The notes beneath the pieces are model-generated. The model saw nothing but the letters and a program-made list of their open reading frames with translations. It did no database searches and was not told where the DNA came from. Below are positions 10,691-21,126 of a stretch of 64,000 bases of DNA, piece after piece (the stretch's first letter is position 1; each line of letters begins with the position of its first letter). The DNA is from a virus (lineage: Duplodnaviria; Caudoviricetes), in the IMG/VR virus record IMGVR_UViG_3300043078_000170; one strand, 5' to 3'. The position numbers were made by a program, and so were the translations under genes.

Positions 10691-10746
10691 GATTATACCT
10701 CCAAAAATTTTAGATTTGTTATTTATTGTACAAAGTACAATTTTAA

Positions 10747-10758
10747 TATTTTCATGTT
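10747..10758 (-). promoter_or_regulatory. AACA-N6-TA promoter (recA)
   Basis: AACA TGAAAA TA, about 57 nt before the start codon. Confidence 0.6.
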
Positions 10759-10807
10759 ACACCTAGCCTTTTTATTTAAATTCAAAACCGTATTAAACTA
10801 TATTCGT

Positions 10808-10820
10808 ATATATATATTAT
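10808..10820 (+). promoter_or_regulatory. Early-type promoter (TATATATTAT)
   Basis: Member of the recurrent + strand motif upstream of small early-style genes. Confidence 0.65.
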
Positions 10821-10892
10821 AATTGTGAATAAAAGTAATAAGACACCTTAAAAACGATTACTTTATTCCATATAATACATAATAATATTTAA

Positions 10893-11180
10893 ATGGTGGC
10901 GGAAAGAAATACTATGACTGGATTCACAATGAACAATAACACAATGGACTTTTTAAAAGCATATACAAATGATTTTGTATCATCTATAGAAAAAGAAGAA
11001 GCTGAAGGTTTTGCTAAACTTAATGCTGCTCTTAATGCTAATGAAAAAAGAAAAGAAAATAAGTCTAAGAGTGAAAATGGATTCACAATGAACAAGAAGA
11101 ACACAATGAATGAATTAAATGCTTTTGCAAATGACTTCTTTGGTTCAAGCTTCAATGATTTTGTTAAGTCAGTGTTCTAA
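10893..11180 (+). CDS. Small early protein with internal duplication
   Basis: GFTMNNNTMDFLKAYTNDFVSS / GFTMNKKNTMNELNAFANDFFGSS; own promoter and terminator (hairpin 11185..11212). Confidence 0.6.
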   Translation: MVAERNTMTGFTMNNNTMDFLKAYTNDFVSSIEKEEAEGFAKLNAALNANEKRKENKSKSENGFTMNKKNTMNELNAFANDFFGSSFNDFVKSVF

Positions 11181-11300
11181 CAATAATCACACACAATTAA
11201 TTGTGTGTGATTTTTTTTTTCATAAATTAAATATATATTATTTTTTTAGTAAGTAAAACAACTTACTAATATTTAATACAATTTTTAGGAGGAAATAATT

Positions 11301-13325
11301 ATGTCTATTAATTATGAAGAAGCTAAGAAAAATTTATTGATGAAAAAGAATCTTGAAGAAGTAAAGGAGCTTTTAATTGAATCATCTAAAGCTTATTATA
11401 ACTCAAGTTCATTAATTCTTTCAGATGATGAATATGATGAACTTTATAAAGCTTATAAAAGCTTAACAAATGATGAAATTATTGGTGCTGAACCTAATAA
11501 AGGTTCAAAAACTGTTTCAGTCGAACATAGTTACAATAATTTAGTTGGAACACTTGATAAAGCAAAAGATCTTGATGAAGTTAAACCTTTCTTAAAGAGA
11601 TTTTCTACAGTAGATATGAAAAATAAAAAATATACTGTAAGAATGTCTTTAAAATTTGATGGTAATTCAATTACTATTGAATATGATAAGAATGGTGTAC
11701 CAAAGAAAGCTCTTACGAGAGGACAAGATGGTAAAGGTAAAGATATTATTAATGTATTTAGTGGAAAAGATGATATTGTTAATATGAATAATTTTAATTT
11801 ATCTTTATTAGATTCCGAATTTGCTATCAAGTATGAAGTTATTATAACTTATGAAGATTATGAAAAGCTTTGTAAAGAAACTGGAGAAGAATACGCAAAT
11901 CCAAGAAGTACTATTTCAGGACTTTTGAATAGTAATGAAGGTGCTAATTTTAGAAAATATATGACACTTGTTCCTTTGGAAATGAGAGTTAAAGATGAAG
12001 GATTTGCATTTGAAAATGGTCTTAAGAAATTATATAGAGATGAAATTAGTGAAATTTATCCTATTAATTATTATGACACATATTTTACTAAAGTAAAGAA
12101 AGGAACTCTAGAAGAAATAGAAGAAGAAATTAAGAAATATTATGATAAAACAAATAAAATGCGTGAAACACTTCCTTTTATGATTGATGGAATAGTTGTT
12201 GAATTTCTTAATAAAGAAATTATTGATAAATATTTCTATGATCCTAGAGGTTATATTCCACAGTATTCATTTGCTGTAAAGCTTCCTTATCTTGAAAAAC
12301 CTACTGAAGTTACTGATATTGATTATTGTATTGGTAATAGTGGTAGAATCACTCCAAGAATTTGGTTTAAGGAAGTTCAATTTAATGGCACAACTCATAC
12401 AAAGCAACAGATTAGTAATTATAAAAGATTTAGAGAACTAAATCTAGGTAAAGGTAGTAAGATTATGGTAAGCTATCATAATGATTGTCTATCTTATATT
12501 ACTAAAATGGAAGAACAACCAGAAGGTATTGAACCATTTAAATTCATTAATAGATGTCCTATTTGTAATACTAAAATCAAAGTAAGAAAGAATGATAATG
12601 GAGAGCTTACATTAGCTAAGTGTCCTAATAAAGAATGCCCAGGACGTCTTAAAGGAAAAATTGAAAATTATTTCATTAAGATGGATATTAAAGGTATTAA
12701 AATGAATACTATTGAAGATCTTTATGATAATAAACTTCTTACTGATATTCCTAGTATTTATAAAATGAATTATAAAAAGGTGGCAAAATTATTAGGAAAT
12801 AAAACTGCAGAAAATATTAAAAATGCTATTGAAGAAAAAGAATTCTATGATTATGAAATCTTAGGATCTCTTGGAATTAATAATATTAGTATTGAAAATG
12901 CTAAAGTAATTTGTAAGAATTATAATCTTGATGAAATTATTGATCTTTATAATGACGATAAACTTTATGATTCAATTATTAAGTTAGAAGGATTTAGTAA
13001 TACTAAGACTAATAACTTTATTGAAGGATTTGAAGAAAATTCTGATACAATTGAATTTTTATATAGTAAAGGATATAAGAATTATAAAGATAATTTTAAA
13101 GATGCTAAATTTGATTTAAATATTGTTGTAACAGGTTGGAGACCTGACCCTGTAATGGAAATGAAAATGGAATCTATGGGTATTAAAATTAAATCTTCAG
13201 TTTCAAAGAAAGTTAATTTAGTTGTTTATTCAGATAATCCAGGAGCTACTAAAGTAAATAAAGCTAAAGAACTAAATATTCCAACAATGTATGTAGAAGA
13301 GTTCAAAGAAAAGTATAATATTTAA
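11301..13325 (+). CDS. ligA: NAD-dependent DNA ligase
   Basis: YY...LSDDEYDEL, KFDG adenylation motif, ALTRG.DG.G, ANPR, IDGIVV, Zn finger CPIC..CPNKEC, C-terminal BRCT (SVSKKVNLVV..PG.TKVNKAKELNI). Confidence 0.95.
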   Translation: MSINYEEAKKNLLMKKNLEEVKELLIESSKAYYNSSSLILSDDEYDELYKAYKSLTNDEIIGAEPNKGSKTVSVEHSYNNLVGTLDKAKDLDEVKPFLKRFSTVDMKNKKYTVRMSLKFDGNSITIEYDKNGVPKKALTRGQDGKGKDIINVFSGKDDIVNMNNFNLSLLDSEFAIKYEVIITYEDYEKLCKETGEEYANPRSTISGLLNSNEGANFRKYMTLVPLEMRVKDEGFAFENGLKKLYRDEISEIYPINYYDTYFTKVKKGTLEEIEEEIKKYYDKTNKMRETLPFMIDGIVVEFLNKEIIDKYFYDPRGYIPQYSFAVKLPYLEKPTEVTDIDYCIGNSGRITPRIWFKEVQFNGTTHTKQQISNYKRFRELNLGKGSKIMVSYHNDCLSYITKMEEQPEGIEPFKFINRCPICNTKIKVRKNDNGELTLAKCPNKECPGRLKGKIENYFIKMDIKGIKMNTIEDLYDNKLLTDIPSIYKMNYKKVAKLLGNKTAENIKNAIEEKEFYDYEILGSLGINNISIENAKVICKNYNLDEIIDLYNDDKLYDSIIKLEGFSNTKTNNFIEGFEENSDTIEFLYSKGYKNYKDNFKDAKFDLNIVVTGWRPDPVMEMKMESMGIKIKSSVSKKVNLVVYSDNPGATKVNKAKELNIPTMYVEEFKEKYNI

Positions 13326-13413
13326 GTATATATTATTAAGGTGTAAAGAGTTAAATACTCTTTACACTTTTTTATTATATTAAAATCTTTTTAAATTATA
13401 GGAGGAAAAAATA

Positions 13414-13848
13414 ATGAGTAACAAAAATTTTGATGGAGAAATTATTGAAACTAATGATTTCACAGAGGATGATTTTGATAGCTTCTTAGATTACTTAGAA
13501 GATATTGAAGATCTAGATTTAGAAGATGAAGAAGATGATTATGATGATAATGATGAATATTGTATTGATGTAAAGGAATATAAACCTATGGTATCTAGTA
13601 AAAATAATTTTAATAATAAGCAGATTACACAAAAAAATTATGATAATACAAATAATCTATCATTTAGTATTAATGATGATTATGGTAGTAATTTATCTAT
13701 AGGTAATAATGGAATTAATTGTAATATTAATCTTAATACATTAGGAAATTTATTTGGTGATATTAATGATAGTATTACAAGAAGACGTTATAGAAAAATG
13801 AAAGAAAAAGCAAGAATGGAGAAAATGAAAAAGAAATATAATAAGTAA
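13414..13848 (+). CDS. Hypothetical protein with acidic N-terminus and basic C-terminus
   Basis: AGGAGG RBS; early motif at 13324..13336. Confidence 0.6.
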   Translation: MSNKNFDGEIIETNDFTEDDFDSFLDYLEDIEDLDLEDEEDDYDDNDEYCIDVKEYKPMVSSKNNFNNKQITQKNYDNTNNLSFSINDDYGSNLSIGNNGINCNINLNTLGNLFGDINDSITRRRYRKMKEKARMEKMKKKYNK

Positions 13849-13910
13849 TCTTATATAATTATTTAATTTAAAAGGATATATGGGTTTAACCCATATATCC
13901 TTATTTTTTT

Positions 13911-14462
13911 TTAGTTATTATCATTATCTTCTATAGTACTAGTATCAAAAGTAAATTCTTCCACAGTAGTATTATCAATATCATATGAACTATCTAAATC
14001 ACCTAAATAATCAAATAATGTATTTGTATTAATAGTACTTACAGTACTATCAACGCTATCTGATAAAGCATGAACAGCTTCTTCAATTAAAACAGTAAGA
14101 TAAGTTTTAATTGAATCTTCTGAAGTAGAAGATGTAACATTGCTAATAATATTCTTTACAATAGAATAAACTGCTTCATAAGTACGCTGGAAAGCTTCCT
14201 GCTGCTTTTCATCTGTAAACTTATTTTCCTTCTTAAGGTCTTCAACAAAAGTCTGATTAGTATATGTTACACAACTATAAACTACACTCTTAATAAAATC
14301 TTCTGTAGACTGAATCTTAGACTTATCAACAGTATAATTAAGCTTTTTACTAATTACTACAACAAGCTTAGTTACAAAAAATGAAACTACTGCAAAAATA
14401 ATTGTAATAATAACCTTAATAAAATAAGATACAAATGTAGTGTTTGTTAATAATTCCTTCAT
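13911..14462 (-). CDS. Putative holin (LL-H-like, single N-terminal TM)
   Basis: N-terminal TM; CVTYTNQTFVEDLKKENKF and LIEEAV motifs typical of Firmicute phage LL-H holins. Confidence 0.6.
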   Translation of the reverse strand: MKELLTNTTFVSYFIKVIITIIFAVVSFFVTKLVVVISKKLNYTVDKSKIQSTEDFIKSVVYSCVTYTNQTFVEDLKKENKFTDEKQQEAFQRTYEAVYSIVKNIISNVTSSTSEDSIKTYLTVLIEEAVHALSDSVDSTVSTINTNTLFDYLGDLDSSYDIDNTTVEEFTFDTSTIEDNDNN

Positions 14463-14483
14463 AATTTAATACCTCTTTCTAAT

Positions 14484-15503
14484 TTAGTCAATTAATCTTT
14501 TATTAGTTGATATAATACTATAAAAATCTGGATAAGATATATTAATAACTCTTTTGATAAATGTATCAGGAGAACTTGAAACCATTAAACTCCAACTTTC
14601 TAAGAAAGTATCAAAATCAATATTATTTTCAATATATTTATATACAGAGTTATAGTAATTATAACACCAACAACTTAGTAAATTAGCATCATAAGCATCT
14701 CTATCAAATAATACTTCAATGCAATAAAAATAAAGTCTAATCCAAACATTTATAAAATGTTTCTTTTGTTTCTTTCCGTTTTCTAATCCTCTTTTTTTGC
14801 ATTCTTCATATACCCAAATCATATTATTTACATATCCTTCAATTGAATAGAAATAATATTCATGACCATTAATTCTTGTAATAGAATTTGGTTCATATCT
14901 CCATAAATAAACTACTTCATCTATGAAAATGTAATTATCTGTTAGCATTCTAAATAATGTTGTAAAACCATTATCTTCGTTTGCTCTTGTTTCATTAAAT
15001 GTTAAATGATTATCATCTAAAAACTTTTTCTTAAATAATTTTCCAAAAACCCAAATAAAGTTTCTTTCTCTTAATTTCATTTTTTTATTTTCCAATTCTT
15101 CATATGCTAATCCTGATACCATATTTAAATTTGGATTTTTAATAAATTCTGTTAATAATTTTATAATTGATGTATTATCATAAAATTCATCATCTGAATC
15201 TATAAAAGTTATATAATCTCCTTTAGCTAATTCTAATCCTACTTTTCTTGCTACTCCTGGACCAAAATTATTATCTAACTTTGTATAGTTAATATTTAAA
15301 TTTTGTTTATAGAATTTAATTAAATTTCCATAATTTTCAGTTGAACAATCATCAACAATAATTATTTCAATATTTTTGTAATCTTGTTTTTCAATACTTT
15401 GAATACATCTTTTAAATATATCTGGATTAGTATTATATAAAGGAATTATAATTGAAATTAAATCTTCTCCTAATTCTCTTTTTGGTGTTTTATTATTTCT
15501 CAT
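14484..15503 (-). CDS. Glycosyltransferase family 2
   Basis: ISIIIPLYN, IIIVDDCS, GPGVARKVGL, YITFIDSDD, NED motif. Confidence 0.9.
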   Translation of the reverse strand: MRNNKTPKRELGEDLISIIIPLYNTNPDIFKRCIQSIEKQDYKNIEIIIVDDCSTENYGNLIKFYKQNLNINYTKLDNNFGPGVARKVGLELAKGDYITFIDSDDEFYDNTSIIKLLTEFIKNPNLNMVSGLAYEELENKKMKLRERNFIWVFGKLFKKKFLDDNHLTFNETRANEDNGFTTLFRMLTDNYIFIDEVVYLWRYEPNSITRINGHEYYFYSIEGYVNNMIWVYEECKKRGLENGKKQKKHFINVWIRLYFYCIEVLFDRDAYDANLLSCWCYNYYNSVYKYIENNIDFDTFLESWSLMVSSSPDTFIKRVINISYPDFYSIISTNKRLID

Positions 15504-15793
15504 ATTATTAACTCCTTTTAAATTTATAATTTTATATTCATTAGTTATTTAATATATTTAAATATAAAAAATAATTAAAGATTTTGAAATTTTCATTTCT
15601 ATGCTATCAATTTTCCTTTTTAAATTATTTTTCCCCTTTTAATAATAATTTATTATTTTATAAATTAAAAATTTAATTTAATAAAATAAATTATTTTAAT
15701 CCCGAAATTTTTAATGAATTTTTTAAATATATATTATTGATGTGTATAAGTATATAAATTATACAAAAATAATTTTAATGGAGGTGAAATTAT

Positions 15794-15946
15794 ATGCTTA
15801 TATTAAAAATAATTAAAGTAATTTTAATTATAATCTCAATATCTTTAATAGGTATTGGATTCTTTTATCCTTTCTGTTGGGCAGCAAAAACAGGAGATGA
15901 AATATTGAAACGAAATTCAAAGCATGATTATGATGAAGAAGATTAA
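15794..15946 (+). CDS. 50-aa single-TM membrane protein (absent from ORF track)
   Basis: GGAGGTG RBS; MLILKIIKVILIIISISLIGIGFFYPFCWAAKTGDEILKRNSKHDYDEED; early motif at 15725..15737. Confidence 0.65.
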   Translation: MLILKIIKVILIIISISLIGIGFFYPFCWAAKTGDEILKRNSKHDYDEED

Positions 15947-15989
15947 AAATCTAAAAAAGAATTAAAAAAATTAAAAGGAGATTATTATC

Positions 15990-16667
15990 ATGAAAGTAAT
16001 GAAAACAATTGGATTTGAGCGTGTGGTTGGTATTAATCATAATGATATTATTATGGTCACTGAAGCTATTGATAAGGAAAAGATTCAAAATTCTGTTAAT
16101 CAAGAAGGAAAATTATTCTTACTTGATAACAAGTTTGGTGATTTAATTCAAATAGATTTAACTGATAAAATTAAATCAAAGTTGGATTCAATTGAAGTAA
16201 AACAAACATATAAACTTATATTTGATAAATTCTTTCAAGAAGTATTTTTACTTAAACTTGATTATATTGAAAAAACTGAAGAAACAGTAGATGAAATAAA
16301 AAAAGAAAAAACAAAAGTAAATAAAAAACCTGGTTTTTGTAAAAAATATAATAATTATTATAATATGTTTATCAATGAAAAAATTAATCCATCTGAAGTA
16401 TATAATGAAAAAATTGTAAGAACTAATAAAATTGGTATTGCAATTAATGAAAATAGTGAATATCAACTTATTTTCAACGATTATAAAACAAAGATTATTT
16501 TTAAAGATATAGATGATTTTATTGAAAAATATAAAAGTGATTTTAAAAATGTAAAATCATATAACAGTCAATATCTTTATTTGTTCGTTCCAGAATATAT
16601 AACTAAAAATAAACGTTCATCATTTGCATATATTAATGTTGGACACATTAGAGAATTAATTAAATAA
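15990..16667 (+). CDS. Hypothetical protein
   Basis: AAGGAG RBS, 225-aa ORF. Confidence 0.6.
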   Translation: MKVMKTIGFERVVGINHNDIIMVTEAIDKEKIQNSVNQEGKLFLLDNKFGDLIQIDLTDKIKSKLDSIEVKQTYKLIFDKFFQEVFLLKLDYIEKTEETVDEIKKEKTKVNKKPGFCKKYNNYYNMFINEKINPSEVYNEKIVRTNKIGIAINENSEYQLIFNDYKTKIIFKDIDDFIEKYKSDFKNVKSYNSQYLYLFVPEYITKNKRSSFAYINVGHIRELIK

Positions 16668-16768
16668 AAAATCATTAAATAATATACAAAGGGTTGAAGG
16701 TATTTAACAAAATAACCTTTCAACTCTTTGTATAATTTTTTTAATTTTAAAATAAGGAGAAAAAATAT

Positions 16769-17851
16769 ATGAAAAAAGCAAAATTGTTTAATACTAAAAA
16801 TATAAAAATAAATAGAGAAAATTCTACTTTGAATGTTTATTGCGAAAATTTCTCATTGATAGAAAGTCATAAATTGAAAGACCTTTTATATAAACATGGT
16901 TTAAAGAAAAATTATCCTTCAATGGTATTTAATCATTTTTATATTTTAAATAGTTATGACTTTTTTAAAAAATATGAAATAGATTTAGGTAAATTTCTTA
17001 GAAAGACTAATAAATATTATCAGAACTTAAATAATTTTGAAGATATAATTGATAAATTTAACGGAATAATTGATATATTCACTAAAAATAGATCTATCAT
17101 AACTGAATGTAGTAAAGAAGTTAAATATATCATACCTTATAGAACTATAAAAGAAATTGATGATTTATCTTATTCAAAAATAAGAAAATTCTATTCAAAT
17201 ATAGAAAAGAAAATATATGATATATTTTGTTATGAAAATAAATTTAATCAAGAAAAACTTTTAGCTTATAAATTGAATGTATTATATAATTTAGATTTTA
17301 ATTGGTATAATACTGATAAAAGTGAAGAATTTATTTTCAAAAAAATAGTAACAAACTTATTTACTATGTATGGTTATTTATTAAATACTATTGAAAAGAA
17401 AAGAATTTTATTAAAGAATGAAGAAAGGAAAAATTTAAAAAACTATTATGATGATTTATTAAATAAATTAAATAAACTTCTATGTAGAGTTATTTTATAT
17501 CTTTATAGATACGCTAGAGATGTTTATAAGCATGAAGTTAATTTGATTAAATCAAAAACAGTGAATGCTGCTAAAAAAAATCATAATGGTATTAATTCTA
17601 ATTATGTATATCCAATTAAATTTTATGGTAATTGTATTTTAGAAGAAATGATTAGAGGTGGTGATATTAAAGATATAAAAAATTCTTTTGATATAACTAA
17701 ACCAAAGATAGATAATTTAATTACCAATGATATTCGAGAATATACTTTAAAAGCTATTACTGAAGATAGAATTACTTTAGATATTCTTGAAAATAAATAT
17801 AAAGTAAATAAAGATAAAATGGAAAATCTTATATATGGTTTCTTAAATTAA
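16769..17851 (+). CDS. Hypothetical protein
   Basis: AAGGAG RBS, 360-aa ORF. Confidence 0.6.
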   Translation: MKKAKLFNTKNIKINRENSTLNVYCENFSLIESHKLKDLLYKHGLKKNYPSMVFNHFYILNSYDFFKKYEIDLGKFLRKTNKYYQNLNNFEDIIDKFNGIIDIFTKNRSIITECSKEVKYIIPYRTIKEIDDLSYSKIRKFYSNIEKKIYDIFCYENKFNQEKLLAYKLNVLYNLDFNWYNTDKSEEFIFKKIVTNLFTMYGYLLNTIEKKRILLKNEERKNLKNYYDDLLNKLNKLLCRVILYLYRYARDVYKHEVNLIKSKTVNAAKKNHNGINSNYVYPIKFYGNCILEEMIRGGDIKDIKNSFDITKPKIDNLITNDIREYTLKAITEDRITLDILENKYKVNKDKMENLIYGFLN

Positions 17852-17866
17852 GGAGGAAGAAATTAT

Positions 17867-19189
17867 ATGGCAAATTTTAATGTAATCATTTTAGATAAAA
17901 AATATTATCTAGCTAATGATAAAAAAACATTAATTAGTATCGAAGATGTAAATTTATATGATCCCACTAAAGATTTTTTAAAATCTATAGAAGAATCTAA
18001 TCAAGATTGTATTTTGTGGGATTCTGTAATAAATCATTTTAAATTAAATAAAATTCTATATGATAATTTTAAAGATTCTAGTAAAGAATTATTTGGAAAA
18101 GAAATTTATAATATTGAAATTCAAATAATTCAAATAAATAAAAATTCATTTAAGGGAATAGACAATCATTATACAAAATATTTTATATTATTTGTATTGG
18201 ATGAAGAAAAAGACCAAAATGATAAAGAGCATATTTATTTATTAGAAAATAATAATGAACTAAAACATATTGAAAGAGTATTATTACCGTCTGAAGCTTA
18301 TAGTTCATTTACAAACTGTTTAGATTATGATATTAATGAAAAATCTATGTATTTAATTCCTAAATCATATAGTCAAGAAAGAAAACTTACTGATCATAAA
18401 GTTTTGGTTGATTCTTTTAAAATTATTGATAATTATTGTAATAATTATAATCTTAATAAAGATAATATTAAAGAATTTATTATAGGTATTGATTATAGTG
18501 AAAATTATTCTTTTGTATTAGAAAGATTATTGAATGATATATTTATTAAAGGTGCAAATAATCTTAGTAATATGTATGAATTCCCACAAGCTATATTTAT
18601 TCCTAATAAGCCAATTAATTTAGCTTGGCAAAATAAAAAAGAATATTATGTAAATTTAATTAATTCAAAGTATTTTTATAATGTTACATTTGATGATAAA
18701 AAAATGACAGAAACTTTAGAAAGTCTAAAAGATTTTGATGAAAAACTTATGCTTATTTTAGATATTTTTATGCTAAATATTAATGGTCATAAAACAATTA
18801 TAGATATATTTCATAGAAACGATAAATATTATTTAGAAAATCTAAAAGATATGAAAGATTATAAACAATTTAGAGAATTTGAAGTTTTTAAAGATAATTG
18901 TTATAATCTCTATTTTGATGATAACCTATTAACTAGAAATATAATTAAACCAATTATTTTAAAGGTTTATAAATCATTTATGAGTAATCCTGAAAATTTC
19001 AGAATACTAAATAAATTTATAAGACTTTATTATAAAAATGAAAAAATTAGTGATAACCATATTGGTAAGATATATATTGAATGGTTTGTAGATAATGTTT
19101 TACTTCCAAAAGCTAGCAAGGGTGTTGATTTACACAAAAAATTTGGAATTACTTACTCTAATATAACTAAGATTACAGTTCAAGTTTAA
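17867..19189 (+). CDS. Hypothetical protein
   Basis: AAGGAGG RBS, 440-aa ORF; terminator hairpin at 19215..19254. Confidence 0.6.
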   Translation: MANFNVIILDKKYYLANDKKTLISIEDVNLYDPTKDFLKSIEESNQDCILWDSVINHFKLNKILYDNFKDSSKELFGKEIYNIEIQIIQINKNSFKGIDNHYTKYFILFVLDEEKDQNDKEHIYLLENNNELKHIERVLLPSEAYSSFTNCLDYDINEKSMYLIPKSYSQERKLTDHKVLVDSFKIIDNYCNNYNLNKDNIKEFIIGIDYSENYSFVLERLLNDIFIKGANNLSNMYEFPQAIFIPNKPINLAWQNKKEYYVNLINSKYFYNVTFDDKKMTETLESLKDFDEKLMLILDIFMLNINGHKTIIDIFHRNDKYYLENLKDMKDYKQFREFEVFKDNCYNLYFDDNLLTRNIIKPIILKVYKSFMSNPENFRILNKFIRLYYKNEKISDNHIGKIYIEWFVDNVLLPKASKGVDLHKKFGITYSNITKITVQV

Positions 19190-19253
19190 GTATCCAAATT
19201 TGCAGAGTTTAATAATCTCTCTATAGAATTTAATTCTATAGAGAGATTTTTTT

Positions 19254-20144
19254 TTAGTTAATTTTTCCACCTAATAAATAAACCCAATCAGTTCCACCTA
19301 AGTATCCTTCATTTAAATTGTTAGCTTTTTGAAATGCTTTAATACCATTTAAAGTATTATTACCACATATACCATCTGCTGTACCACAAGAATAACCCAT
19401 ATTATTTAATCTTGTTTGAACCCATTTTACTAAAGATCCTTTATCATTTTTATTAACAGTAAATTTCTTTGCAACATTATAAGTATTATTTCCAGCATAT
19501 CCATCAACTGTTAAAGTATATCCTTTTTCTACAAATATTTTTTGTAAATCTTTAATTTCTTCGTCATATTTATTAGACCAAATTACTTTAAGACTATTTG
19601 TAGAAGAATTAGAATTAGTTGTAACTGTATTAACAGTACTTGAAGTACTTGTTTCTCCTTCTTCTAAAGCTATAATATCTTTTTTATCAATATCATAATA
19701 TTTATAAAAATCAGAAGTTACAGTATTATAATTAATTATTTCATTACCTTTATAAGTTCTATTCTTCATATCTAAATGAATATAAGTATAATCATTATTA
19801 ATATTTGCAATACCTTTAAAGCCTAAATCTTGTGCTACACATGATAATAATTTAGTACTAATAGGTTTTCCATTCTTTACAAATTGACAGTCTGCTGCAT
19901 ATCCTTCCGTATGTGGACCAGTTCCTGTTCCACCAACATTTTTATCATGAGTTGAACATCGATAACCAGAGCTAATAAGAACATAATCTGCTTTAATTAG
20001 ATCTGTCATTTTTTGAAGCATTTCAACTAGCTCAGATGATAATTTAGTAGAATGTGAAGAACCACATTTACATTTGAATTCGGATACATTAAAATTATTT
20101 GTTAATTGAGTTTTATCATTAAAAGAATAAGTTTTAATACTCAT
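19254..20144 (-). CDS. Endolysin: peptidase M15 domain + two PG-binding domains
   Basis: NFNVSEFKCKCG, SSGYRCSTH, HTEGYAAD, YIHLD; Thr/Ser linker; VDGYAGNNT and ADGICGNNT..IKAFQ PG_binding_1 repeats. Confidence 0.9.
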   Translation of the reverse strand: MSIKTYSFNDKTQLTNNFNVSEFKCKCGSSHSTKLSSELVEMLQKMTDLIKADYVLISSGYRCSTHDKNVGGTGTGPHTEGYAADCQFVKNGKPISTKLLSCVAQDLGFKGIANINNDYTYIHLDMKNRTYKGNEIINYNTVTSDFYKYYDIDKKDIIALEEGETSTSSTVNTVTTNSNSSTNSLKVIWSNKYDEEIKDLQKIFVEKGYTLTVDGYAGNNTYNVAKKFTVNKNDKGSLVKWVQTRLNNMGYSCGTADGICGNNTLNGIKAFQKANNLNEGYLGGTDWVYLLGGKIN

Positions 20145-20214
20145 ACAAACAACTCCTTTATAATAAAATATAACTTGATGTTCGGTTAATAAAATTTTAA
20201 GGGGGAATATTAAT

Positions 20215-20484
20215 ATGAGAAAAGATCCAAATCTTATTACAGTTGTTTTATTAGTATTTGTTTTTATTATTACAATGTGTATAATTATTAAAGGACCAAC
20301 TGTAATAAAACATTATGATACAGTTAGCATTAAAACTAACTATGAAGAAGACTTTAAAGAATTTAATAATGTAGATGTAATTAATGAAAATACTTTAACG
20401 CAAACATATAATTTAAGATTAAATGATAATGATGAAAAAATTTTATATAATATTAAATATTCATGGGTAGAAGAGGTGAATTAA
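20215..20484 (+). CDS. Small membrane-anchored protein
   Basis: N-terminal hydrophobic helix. Confidence 0.5.
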   Translation: MRKDPNLITVVLLVFVFIITMCIIIKGPTVIKHYDTVSIKTNYEEDFKEFNNVDVINENTLTQTYNLRLNDNDEKILYNIKYSWVEEVN

Positions 20485-20485
20485 A

Positions 20486-20716
20486 ATGTATTATTTTCCA
20501 GAATGTAATGAATGTCTTTGTCCAAGATGTTTCTTTTTCTATAAACATGATAAAGGTGATTGTAAAGAATATATTGATTGTGATACATGTTTAATTAAAC
20601 TTAAATTTAAACCAAATCCAAAACTTAAATGTAAATATTATTTAGATGTAAAAAAACCACCACTTATTTCAGATAAAGATTTAGATAATTATAAAATTAC
20701 GGATATAACCAATTAA
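20486..20716 (+). CDS. Small Cys-rich protein
   Basis: CxxCxCxxC...C....CxxC...C pattern; GAGGTG RBS. Confidence 0.55.
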   Translation: MYYFPECNECLCPRCFFFYKHDKGDCKEYIDCDTCLIKLKFKPNPKLKCKYYLDVKKPPLISDKDLDNYKITDITN

Positions 20717-20841
20717 AGGTTATATCCGTTTTATTTGTTTTAAATAATATTTCTAAATATATATTATAATTATGATAAGTGAGTAATGACACACTCCTTA
20801 TTATACTTTTTATTTTATAGGTGTCAGAAAGGACTATTATT

Positions 20842-21060
20842 ATGAAAACATATGTGCAGATCACTGAAATGATTGAAACTCTCGTTCACTATGTAAGTGA
20901 AAACGACTCTTATGTCGTTGATGACTACTATGAGACTAGAGACAGTCTTGTTGATGTCATTAGAAAGAATCTTATCTTCCTTCATGAAGAAGAATGTAAG
21001 AAAGCTCTTGCTATTATGGAACGAGAAAGAGTTGCATATTTACTCCGTATAAATGAGTAA
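20842..21060 (+). CDS. Small early protein (likely start ATG 20842)
   Basis: GAAAGGA RBS before ATG; early motif at 20755..20767; terminator at about 21094..21127. Confidence 0.6.
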   Translation: MKTYVQITEMIETLVHYVSENDSYVVDDYYETRDSLVDVIRKNLIFLHEEECKKALAIMERERVAYLLRINE

Positions 21061-21126
21061 TACATAACACTAAAGTAAAAGGAGGTGATAAAAATAAGAA
21101 CGAATTAATTCGTTCTTATTTTTTTT

